Assembly (NCBI GenBank): GCA_049324575.1
Contig: JBMONI010000024.1
Location: forward strand, 53,144 to 117,143
DNA: 64,000 nt
Direction: 5' to 3'
Source of the DNA: Candidatus Omnitrophota bacterium
GTDB taxonomy: Bacteria > Omnitrophota > Omnitrophia > Omnitrophales > Aquincolibacteriaceae
Below are positions 47,577 through 55,964 of this stretch, one piece after another. The notes beneath the pieces were generated by a model that searched no databases, was not told where the DNA came from, and saw only the letters and a list, made by a program, of their open reading frames with translations. Made by a program: the position numbers and the translations under genes. The number at the start of each line of letters is the position of its first letter. Positions within the stretch are counted from its first letter, which is position 1.

Positions 47577-47984
47577 TCAGGACCCGCCCAGCAATTTCCT
47601 GACCGTCGTCAGAAACTCTTCGACCGAGTAGGATTTACTGATGACCGCGTCCGCCCTCTGCAGATCGAAGGCCAACGGACTGTCGCCGGGTTCCATTTGT
47701 TGGGTCAGAAAACGGTGCACGACAGGATCCGCGCTGAAAATAGCGACCTTGGGCACTGCCGTTTCGGGAGAATAGCTCTTCATGTTCTTCAAAAGTTCGA
47801 GTCCGCTGAAATGAGGCACTTTGATATCCAGAAGGACCAGGTCATAATTGCCCTTGGCGATCATGGCCTTTCCGCGGATCCCGTCGAACGCCATGTCAAC
47901 CCCATATCCCTCCGCGGCAAGGGCTTCCGCCAATTCTTCGCACAAAACTTCATCATCATCCATCACGAGGACTCTCTTTTTCAT
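47577..47984 (-). CDS. single-domain response regulator receiver, cognate partner of the downstream multi-PAS kinase
   Basis: MKKRVLVMDDDEVLCEELAEALAAEGYGVDMAFDG…LVLLDIKVPHFSGLEL. Its ATG overlaps the kinase stop (ATGA). Track ORF 47577..48095 trimmed to the internal start. Confidence 0.85.
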   Translation of the reverse strand: MKKRVLVMDDDEVLCEELAEALAAEGYGVDMAFDGIRGKAMIAKGNYDLVLLDIKVPHFSGLELLKNMKSYSPETAVPKVAIFSADPVVHRFLTQQMEPGDSPLAFDLQRADAVISKSYSVEEFLTTVRKLLGGS

Positions 47985-50900
47985 GGCGGTCCGCTCTCCC
48001 CAAGGACCGGCAAAACGACCGTGATCGTCGTGCCCTTCCCTTCTTCGCTCGCCACGTCGATACGGCCCCCGTGATTCGCCACGATCTGTTGGCAAACCGT
48101 CAGGCCCAGCCCTGTCCCCTTGGTCTTGGTCGTGAAAAACGGCTCATGGATCTTGGAAAGATTTTCTCGGCTGATCCCGCAGCCGTTGTCCTCGAACCGG
48201 ACGGCAACCTCGCGGCCTTCATTCTCATACCCGGCTCCGACCACGATCCTTCCGTTCTTATTCGAAACCGCATCCACGGCATTGATCAAAATATTGTGGC
48301 AGACTTCTTTGACTTGGAAAGGGTCGAACTTGAACACTTTGCCGCGGATGTTTTCATAGTTCTTCACCCATTCAATCGCGTGTTCCCCCGCCCCGTGCTT
48401 CACCGCCTCGATACATTCCTCCAAAAGATCAAAAAGATCCGCCTCTTCCCAAACGGGCTTCCGGATGCGGGAATAAAACAAGAGGTTATTGATGATCTGA
48501 TCCGACTCCGCCACTTTTTTCTCGATGTGGATAAGATGCTTCTCGAGAAGCGGACCGGGGGCTTTTTGCTTGATGTTATAGGATGCGATACGGATCGCCC
48601 CAAGCGGCGTCCGCAATTCATGCGCCACGGTCGCGGCCAGGGCGCCAATGTCGGAAAGCCGTTTAGCTCTCTCAAGCTCGGTCTGGGCGCGGAACAACTC
48701 GTCGGTCCTTTCCTGGACCAGTTTTTCAAAGGTTTCCTTGTCCCGTTTCAGGATCTCTTCGGCTTTCTTCCGGTCCGTGATATCGATACAAATACCGGTC
48801 ATACGCTTTGGCTGTCCATGGTCATCGTAGAGGGTATTGCCCATTGCACTGATCCACCGCACTTCTCCGCCCGGTAAAACGATCCTATATTCATTCTGAA
48901 GCGGAATGCGGTCGCGAATAGCTTGATCGATCTTTGCTTCGGCCGCGGCACGGTCCTCGGGATGGAGCGCTTTTTTCCAGACCTCAAAAGAGCTCTCCCG
49001 GGAGGACGGATCCAGCCCAAAAAGAAAAAAGAACTCCGGCGACCAGGTGAGTTCCCCGGTCTTCAAGTCCCAATCCCAGATCCCCGCTCGGGCGGCCTGC
49101 TGCGCAAGGACCAGCCTTTCGTGAGCTTGACGCAGCGCTTCCTCCGCATGCTTTCGGTCGGTGATGTCCTGGGTGATGCCGAATCCGCCGGTGAATTTTC
49201 CGTGCTCATCGAATTCCAGATAGGCTTTCTCACGCACCCACTTGACGTGGCCGGAAACCACGATCCGGTGTTCGACCTCATAGGGCTTGCCGGTCAGTCC
49301 TGCCTTCCACTCGCGATCCACGAATTCACGGTCCTCGGGATGAACGCATTCCATAAAGGTTTCATAACTCATCGGAGCGCCCAGCGGGACGCCGAAAATG
49401 CGATGGTTTTCCTCCGACCACGTCAGAACATTGCGCCGCATATCCAGACGCCAGCTCCCCACATGCGCGACCGCCTGCGCATGGCTCAGGTCCTGCTGGC
49501 TTTTCCAGAGCGCTTCTTCGGCACGCTTGATCTCGGTAATATCCACGCTGAAACCGATGATCCCGATCATTTCGCCCTTTTCATTCACATAAGGCACTTT
49601 GTTGGTGCTCACGATCTTTCTTTCCCCTCTTGCCTCCATCGCTTCGACGATCCCGTATTTCGGCTGACCGGAGGCCAACACCGCACGATCGTCCTGCCAA
49701 TAGGCCTCCGCTTGCTCTTTCGGATAAAGGTCGAAAACGGACCGGCCCTCCAGTTGCTGTTTGGGCAACCCCATCATCTCTTCAAACTTCTTGTTCGTCC
49801 GGATAAAGCGGTTTTCTTTGTCCTTATAAAAGATCATCGCAGGCACGGAATCGAGGATCGTCTGAAGTTCGGCTTTCTTACTTTCGGCCTGGGCAGTCCG
49901 CTCCCGGACCAGGTCTTCCAAATGCGCACGATGTTCGGCTAATTCCGCCTCCGCCCTTTTACGATCCGTAATATCAATCCCTATTTCAAGCACCAATCGG
50001 GCGCCGTCGGTGTCGGTAAAAGGAAGCGCGTGCACCTCATAATCGCGTCCGTCCGGCCCGGTCCATTCCCCGAAATAAGGCCGGCCGGAGCGGAGCGTCT
50101 GGAAGATCTCGCAATTTTCGCAGCGGTCCCTCTGGTTGAAGATACACTCGTAGCATCGCCGTCCATGATCTTTTCCGAAGTGCTCGCGGAAGAATTTATT
50201 GGCGAAAGACACTTCCTTGCAGCCTTCCGACAGGAGCACCACATAGACCGGAAGCGTTTCCAGAACCTCGAAGAGCCGCTTCCGCTCAGCGATCGCCGCC
50301 GCTGAAAACTTTTTCAGTTTTCCGGACATTTGATCGAAAGCCCGGGAAAGCTGACCGATCTCATCGTTCGACGAGGACCCGATCTGATATTCCCAATTCC
50401 CGTTTCCAATGATCTCCGTGCCGCGGGTAAGACGCTGAAGCGGCTTCGAGATCGATCGCATCAGGGAAAGCGCCAAAAAACCGCTCAGCGCGATCACGAC
50501 CACAAGAAAAACGGCCACCTGATTTCGTAACCGGCGGATATCCGCAAAGGCTTCCCGGCGATCGATCTTGGCCACCAGGCCCCAATCGAGCGTCGGGATA
50601 TGGCGCCATGCCGCCACCACTTCCCGGCCACGGTAATCGATGTCGGCACCAACGCCTCTCGGCTCCTGTATGGCTTTCTGGATAGGGCCCCCAAGCGCAT
50701 CCCCGAGTCGGATACGCCTTTCCAAGGCTGCGCGGGGGTCATGACGAAGGGGGTTTAAAAAGATCACCTGATCCCCGAGCTTTTTCCCGATCAAAGTCTC
50801 TCCGGTCTTTCCCAGGCCGGTCACATCCTGGATCATTCGGTAAAAGGGCGCGAGATCCGCCTCAAAAACGATCCACCCGATCGGCAAACCGTCCGGATCT

Positions 50901-51439
50901 AAAAGCGGCGCCGTTGCCCGGACCGCGAGATGTTGGCGGGAAGGTTCATGCACCAACACATCGGAAATAAAAGCCCCTTCGTCCTGACCTTCGTGGATCT
51001 TCCGCTGACGTTCCGCGAGTTCTTTCAGAAAGTCTTCTTCGAAATGACGGGGATGGCTCGCATAGATCGGATCGCCGTCAAGGTCGAGGAGAATAATGGC
51101 GGATAACCGCCAGACCCGGGTCGCTTTTTGCAGGATCTCGTCGAGTATTTTCGTGGCCACCGCAGTCTCTGAAGCGGACGGTTCCCCGGCAAAGCGCGCG
51201 CAAATGGAAAAGTTCTTTCGGACCGAATGGTCGGCCTGAATGATCCCGAGGTCCGCTTTAATCGACGCAAAATACGCTTCGATATTTTCCGCTTTCAAGT
51301 CCGCAATGCTTTGAAGATGGGCAAAAACCTCGCCGCGCATCGACCTTTCATAATTACGAAAGGTCAGGAAGGTAATGAAAACGAGAGGAAGAAGGCAACA
51401 TCCCAGGAATAAGAAGATCAGCTTCGAGCGTATTGACAT
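47981..51439 (-). CDS. multi-sensor histidine kinase (TM + extracytoplasmic sensor + HAMP + four or more PAS/PAC + HisKA + HATPase_c)
   Basis: N-terminal TM MSIRSKLIFLFLGCCLLPLVFITFLTF. Second TM ~300 then HAMP. Repeated PAS/PAC units (…RFIRTNKKFEEMMG…, …HPEDREFVDREW…, …HPEDRAAAEAKI…). H-box ATVAHELRTPLGAIR. N/G boxes (HNILINAVDA…, DNGCGISRENLSKIHEPFFTTK, GTGLGLTVCQ). Confidence 0.9.
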   Translation of the reverse strand: MSIRSKLIFLFLGCCLLPLVFITFLTFRNYERSMRGEVFAHLQSIADLKAENIEAYFASIKADLGIIQADHSVRKNFSICARFAGEPSASETAVATKILDEILQKATRVWRLSAIILLDLDGDPIYASHPRHFEEDFLKELAERQRKIHEGQDEGAFISDVLVHEPSRQHLAVRATAPLLDPDGLPIGWIVFEADLAPFYRMIQDVTGLGKTGETLIGKKLGDQVIFLNPLRHDPRAALERRIRLGDALGGPIQKAIQEPRGVGADIDYRGREVVAAWRHIPTLDWGLVAKIDRREAFADIRRLRNQVAVFLVVVIALSGFLALSLMRSISKPLQRLTRGTEIIGNGNWEYQIGSSSNDEIGQLSRAFDQMSGKLKKFSAAAIAERKRLFEVLETLPVYVVLLSEGCKEVSFANKFFREHFGKDHGRRCYECIFNQRDRCENCEIFQTLRSGRPYFGEWTGPDGRDYEVHALPFTDTDGARLVLEIGIDITDRKRAEAELAEHRAHLEDLVRERTAQAESKKAELQTILDSVPAMIFYKDKENRFIRTNKKFEEMMGLPKQQLEGRSVFDLYPKEQAEAYWQDDRAVLASGQPKYGIVEAMEARGERKIVSTNKVPYVNEKGEMIGIIGFSVDITEIKRAEEALWKSQQDLSHAQAVAHVGSWRLDMRRNVLTWSEENHRIFGVPLGAPMSYETFMECVHPEDREFVDREWKAGLTGKPYEVEHRIVVSGHVKWVREKAYLEFDEHGKFTGGFGITQDITDRKHAEEALRQAHERLVLAQQAARAGIWDWDLKTGELTWSPEFFFLFGLDPSSRESSFEVWKKALHPEDRAAAEAKIDQAIRDRIPLQNEYRIVLPGGEVRWISAMGNTLYDDHGQPKRMTGICIDITDRKKAEEILKRDKETFEKLVQERTDELFRAQTELERAKRLSDIGALAATVAHELRTPLGAIRIASYNIKQKAPGPLLEKHLIHIEKKVAESDQIINNLLFYSRIRKPVWEEADLFDLLEECIEAVKHGAGEHAIEWVKNYENIRGKVFKFDPFQVKEVCHNILINAVDAVSNKNGRIVVGAGYENEGREVAVRFEDNGCGISRENLSKIHEPFFTTKTKGTGLGLTVCQQIVANHGGRIDVASEEGKGTTITVVLPVLGESGPP

Positions 51440-51578
51440 CGCAATGCGGTCCTTACTTGCGAGCGCGAACCCGCCTTTTTTTAGTCATGTTCATAACGGT
51501 ATTTCTTGCCCCCCCTTATCCGACACGAGACCGAACCGTCCAGCAGCAGTCCTTCGGATAAAGAAAAATCGAAAAATA

Positions 51579-52367
51579 TCAGCGTCTTCTTTCGGAGCGC
51601 TTTTGTTTGCCTTTTCCTTTTCGAGCCGCCGGACGAGAAGCCAAGGAGCGTTTTCCCGTCTTCTTCTGGCGAAATTCCGTGGGGGTCTTCTTGGTAAAAC
51701 GTTTGAATTGACGGATAAAGGATTCCGGGTTTTCATAGCCGAGCTTGTAGGCGATCTGGCTCACATTCCCGTCACTGCCGCGGGCCAAAAGGGTTTTTGC
51801 TTTTTCGATCTTGAGTTTGATCCGATACTGCACATAGCTTTCCCCGGTCTCTTCTTTAAAGAGCCGGCTAAGGTACTTCGGGCTCAAGCAGACGGCTTGC
51901 GCCGCGTCTTCCAGATTGGTTTTTTTGAAACAGTTCCGTTCAATAAAGCGTTTTACTTTCTCGATCTTACCGTGCGTGCTCGCCGTATCGATATCGCTCC
52001 CCGCATGTTGCTTTTCCAGGATCGTTTCCACCATGGCCCGGATCTTTTTGGGATCGGCCGGTTTCTCGATATAGTCGTCGGCATGGCCTTTAAGCGCTTC
52101 GATCGCCGTATCTTTGTCGCTGTAACCGGTCATGATGATGATCCCCAGGGCCGGATCGGTTCGTTTGATCTCACGAAGGACATCGATCCCCCCGCGGCGG
52201 GGCATCCGGACATCCAAGATGACCAGATCAATGGCATTGGCTTTGCGGATCATATCCACGGCTTCCTGTCCATTGGCGGCTTCCAGAACGCGATATTCGG
52301 AAAAGAGATCTTTCATCTCTTCCCTGAATTCCTTATCATCATCGACGACCAACAGAGTTTCCGTCAT
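51579..52367 (-). CDS. response regulator with AraC-type HTH output domain
   Basis: REC (MTETLLVVDDDKEFREEM…LVILDVRMPRRGG…IIMTGY). C-terminal HTH_AraC (…AQAVCLSPKYLSRLFKEETGESYVQYRIKLKIEKAKTLL…IAYKLGYENPESFIRQFKRFTKKTPTEFR). Confidence 0.85.
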   Translation of the reverse strand: MTETLLVVDDDKEFREEMKDLFSEYRVLEAANGQEAVDMIRKANAIDLVILDVRMPRRGGIDVLREIKRTDPALGIIIMTGYSDKDTAIEALKGHADDYIEKPADPKKIRAMVETILEKQHAGSDIDTASTHGKIEKVKRFIERNCFKKTNLEDAAQAVCLSPKYLSRLFKEETGESYVQYRIKLKIEKAKTLLARGSDGNVSQIAYKLGYENPESFIRQFKRFTKKTPTEFRQKKTGKRSLASRPAARKGKGKQKRSERRR

Positions 52368-52907
52368 GGTACTGTCCCTTTTTTCTTCAGGAAAACCCGC
52401 AACCCTTTCTCCTCGGACCATAAGCCATCCTCATGGTCCGACCTAGGATACCCCAAACGCTCCCCCAAGTCCCATCCCCAGGCACCAGGAGACTTTCCGA
52501 GATCGATCCGAAGGCTAGCGTGTATATAACTACCATGAATCGAGAGTGGAAAAAAGTGATTTTGCTCCCCCGTCTCCCTCCGATTTCCATTCTCTGACCT
52601 CTCACCATGACGGCGCATTGCCCACTCGCTTCTTATTCGTCAAACGGCGCTCCCTTCTCAAAGAAATACCTTCCGCTTTTCGCTTTTCTGTAATGGAAAT
52701 ACGGTGAAAAAACCGGGATTTTCCGTAGAAATAAGTCAGTAAAAAGCCGAACCCGCTTCTAGACTCTGAAACCCCTGGAGCCGCATAATGCAGGGCGTTT
52801 GGAAGAGACGTATGCAGAAACAATACCGCCCGGCCCAGGCCGTGGCCAAAGAGAAAGGCGCAGGTTATTTCCATGTTGCCGCGTGATAGTTTCTCACTTT
52901 TGATAAA

Positions 52908-53309
52908 ATGGAGGCCGACATGATGCAAGAGACGGACAATGCGATCATGGTCGTCGACGATGATGAGATCTTCCTGGAAGAGCTTAGCGAATCTCTGGCC
53001 TTAAGCGGTTACAACATGATCGCCGTCAGCGATCCCACCGAGGTCATTGATCTGGCATCCGGGCTGAAACCCAAACTGATCCTGTTGGATATCAATATGC
53101 CGGGGAAGACCGGACTGGAGATCATCCGCGAGATCGGAAAACTCCCGGAATTCGACGATGTTCCCGTGATCGTGATGAGCGGCTTCTTCCAAGATGAGCT
53201 CATGCTGCTCAACGAAATTCGCGGGATCAAGCGACTCGTCAAGAAACCTTTCGGTTTAGCGGACATCCTCGGGATCATTCGGGACACCCTCAAAGGAATC
53301 CCGGCCTGA
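52908..53309 (+). CDS. single-domain CheY-like response regulator, paralog B
   Basis: IMVVDDDEIFLEELSESLALSGYNMIAV…LILLDINMPGKTGLEI…IVMSGF… GGAGG RBS favours the ATGATG start at ~52920. Confidence 0.85.
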   Translation: MEADMMQETDNAIMVVDDDEIFLEELSESLALSGYNMIAVSDPTEVIDLASGLKPKLILLDINMPGKTGLEIIREIGKLPEFDDVPVIVMSGFFQDELMLLNEIRGIKRLVKKPFGLADILGIIRDTLKGIPA

Positions 53310-53381
53310 AGAGAATTCTCACGAGGACACGGACGGCCCTAGGAGGTTTGCGTTGAATCCATTACGATCGAGCCGGATGCC

Positions 53382-54839
53382 ATGAAACTGTCAAAGACAA
53401 TCCATTACGCGACGCTCTCGGCCGCTTTTGTCGGATTCGTTTTTACTCTTTTTATCAGCCACACCTTCGTCCATTTGCACCGGTCCTTCACAATGGCCCA
53501 CTATGAACGCGTGATCAGCGAAAACGCCTTTTATCTCCATTCCCTTCTCTCCGGTCCGAACCCGCTTTCCGCCCTGTCTCCGCTGCCGCCCCAGGAGGGA
53601 TCTTTTTTTGACAAGATCGATCTCCTCCTTTCGCAGTCCCAGGGCCTGAGTAAAGACGATGAAGAGAAAAAGACGCTCGCCGCGATGCAAAAGGACCTTC
53701 GTGGATCACAGCAGTATTTGTCTCAGCTCACAAGCCCCGCCCTGGGCAAAGACCCCGCGGCCCTTGCCGCTTTTCGGGAAAAAGTCTCGGCTCCGATCAC
53801 CCAGATCCGAGACGAAGCCGGCCGGCTTGTCGAGCGTTATGAAGAAGCGGTCCGCGCACGGCTTCACATCGCCCAGGGGGTCACGGTCTTTTTTCTTTTC
53901 CTTCTCTTGGGATTTACCGCCATCGCTATCCTTTGGTCTCACCTCTACTTGTTCCGTCCTTTAAGAGCGCTGGAGATCGGCGCCGAGAAGATATGGGAAG
54001 GTGATTTTCAATACCGCCTGGACTCAACACGCCCGGATGAGATCGGTCATTTATCCCGGACCATGAAGAAAATGACGGACCATTTACTCGACCTCCAGAA
54101 AAGGATCGAACAAGAAGCCCAGCAAAAACTGCAGGCCCAGCACGAACTGCTCGATATCCAGGAGATCGAACGGAAGCGGATGGGCCAGGACCTTCACGAC
54201 GGGATCGCTCAGCGGCTGGTCGGTATTTCCTTCATGGCTCAGCTCGCCGAGGGGAAATTATCTCAGCAAAAGCCTCTCGATGCGGGGGATCTGAAAAATT
54301 TGACCGAGGAGATCAAAAAAACACTTGAGGAAACCCGGCAGCTCGCCCATGGTTTTTATCCTGTCGATCTTCAGCATTGCGGTCTCGCGCCGGCACTGCG
54401 CAATCTGGCCCAGACCTTTGAATCGACTTTTCGGATCCAATGCGATTTCACTTGCCCCGAAGACCGTATTGTCGAAGATCCGGATATCGAGGCGCACCTT
54501 TATCGCACAGCCCAAGAGGCCATGCAAAATGCGATCCGACACGGCGGGGCCAAGGAGATCCGCATTGAATACGGGAAACGGCAAGACACCGCCTTTTTAT
54601 CGATCGCCGACAATGGGAAAGGATTTTCGCCCGGCACGGAGGGCATTCAGCGGGGGATCGGTTTTCGAAGCATGTATTACCGAGCGGCTCTGATCCACGG
54701 CACTATTTCCGTCGAAACGCGAAAGAACCGGGGCACGAGGATCACGGTACGATGCCCCCTGAAGCTCCCTCATCCCCATCCGGACATCGATACGACCCCG
54801 CATCTTGTGATCAACGCGGACAAAACTCCGTCCCTCTGA
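53382..54839 (+). CDS. sensor histidine kinase, NarX/UhpB/DegS class (HisKA_3 + HATPase_c)
   Basis: Two TM segments flanking a ~130-aa sensor domain. HAMP-like linker. H-box ERKRMGQDLHDGIAQRLVGISF (HisKA_3). ATPase N/G boxes (…AIRHGGAKEIRIEY…, DNGKGFSP…, GIGFRSMYYRAAL…). Confidence 0.85.
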   Translation: MKLSKTIHYATLSAAFVGFVFTLFISHTFVHLHRSFTMAHYERVISENAFYLHSLLSGPNPLSALSPLPPQEGSFFDKIDLLLSQSQGLSKDDEEKKTLAAMQKDLRGSQQYLSQLTSPALGKDPAALAAFREKVSAPITQIRDEAGRLVERYEEAVRARLHIAQGVTVFFLFLLLGFTAIAILWSHLYLFRPLRALEIGAEKIWEGDFQYRLDSTRPDEIGHLSRTMKKMTDHLLDLQKRIEQEAQQKLQAQHELLDIQEIERKRMGQDLHDGIAQRLVGISFMAQLAEGKLSQQKPLDAGDLKNLTEEIKKTLEETRQLAHGFYPVDLQHCGLAPALRNLAQTFESTFRIQCDFTCPEDRIVEDPDIEAHLYRTAQEAMQNAIRHGGAKEIRIEYGKRQDTAFLSIADNGKGFSPGTEGIQRGIGFRSMYYRAALIHGTISVETRKNRGTRITVRCPLKLPHPHPDIDTTPHLVINADKTPSL

Positions 54840-54887
54840 GAGAATCTAGATTTTTTTTGAGATCGGGAAAAAAACCCAGGCGGTCTT

Positions 54888-55649
54888 TTATTCGTTCTGG
54901 ACCCAATGCATCGCCATGCGGATCAATTCCATGTTATTCTTCAGATTGAATTTGACCTTGATCCGCGCGCGGTAGGTTTCGATCGTCTTAACGCTCCGGT
55001 GAAGCTGCTGGGCGATCGCAACCGTCGTCGCCCCTTCACCGATAAGCCGGAAAACTTCCAATTCACGGTCGCTGAGGGACTCCATCGGCGTGAGATTGGC
55101 CTGGCCCATGTATTTTTTCTCGAGGATATGCTCCATCATCCGGTCGCTGAGGTAGATCTGGCCTTCCAGGATCTTGCGGATCGCGATGGCGATCTTTTCA
55201 ACCGCTTCTTGTTTCGTCACATAGCCCCGGGCGCCTTCCCGCAGGACCCGTTCCGCATAAAGCAGTTCGTCATGCATCGACAGAACCAGGGCCGGGACTT
55301 CGGGATGGTCCACTTTCAAGACTTTTAAGAACTCGATCCCGCTCGATCCGTTGAGGGAAATGTCTACGATCACCAGATCGGGTTTTTCGGCCGCCATCAT
55401 GGTCAGCGCCTTGGGATAATCTTCCGCCTCGCCACAAACCGTCATATCGGCTTGGGAGTTAATGAACTCCGCGATACCGCGCCGGATAATGGGATGGTCG
55501 TCAAGGATCAGGATCTTCGCCCGTTTGGAGGCATTGAAAGAGCCCCGGGGCATGGCGGCCGAAGGATCCTTTTTCGCATGCATGCCGGGAAAAGGCTCTC
55601 TCGGAGTTTCTTTTTTTTCTTGCTTGGGAATATCCATCGTTTTTTTCAT
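54888..55649 (-). CDS. NarL/FixJ (LuxR-type HTH) response regulator, cognate of the HisKA_3 kinase
   Basis: REC (ILILDDHPIIRRGIAEF…LVIVDISLNGSSGIEF). C-terminal GerE/LuxR HTH (LSDRELEVFRLIGEGATTVAIAQQLHRSVKTIETYRARIKVKF). ~40-aa Lys/Pro-rich N-terminal extension. Confidence 0.9.
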   Translation of the reverse strand: MKKTMDIPKQEKKETPREPFPGMHAKKDPSAAMPRGSFNASKRAKILILDDHPIIRRGIAEFINSQADMTVCGEAEDYPKALTMMAAEKPDLVIVDISLNGSSGIEFLKVLKVDHPEVPALVLSMHDELLYAERVLREGARGYVTKQEAVEKIAIAIRKILEGQIYLSDRMMEHILEKKYMGQANLTPMESLSDRELEVFRLIGEGATTVAIAQQLHRSVKTIETYRARIKVKFNLKNNMELIRMAMHWVQNE

Positions 55650-55964
55650 CGCATCACCTATCCCCTAGGGGGATCTGCGCGGTTACGACTCGGTTCAAAA
55701 AAAACCAGAAGAACCTATTCTCTTACACAGGTCCGAAACACGGCATTATCATACCTGAAAATACAGTTTCTGATATAGGGAATTACCCTGAAAAAGGTCG
55801 GGGAAAACCTGATAAAAAGGGGCCTCGGACGAGGCTCCCGAAGGAAAAAAACAAGGGGAAGGTACGCTATGCAAACCGGCCGTTTCACTGAACCTGTCTG
55901 CCCCTTCCCCTTTGTTTTCATCTTCCCGCCCCGTTGCCGCCGAGCGGGAAAAAACGATTCGTTC

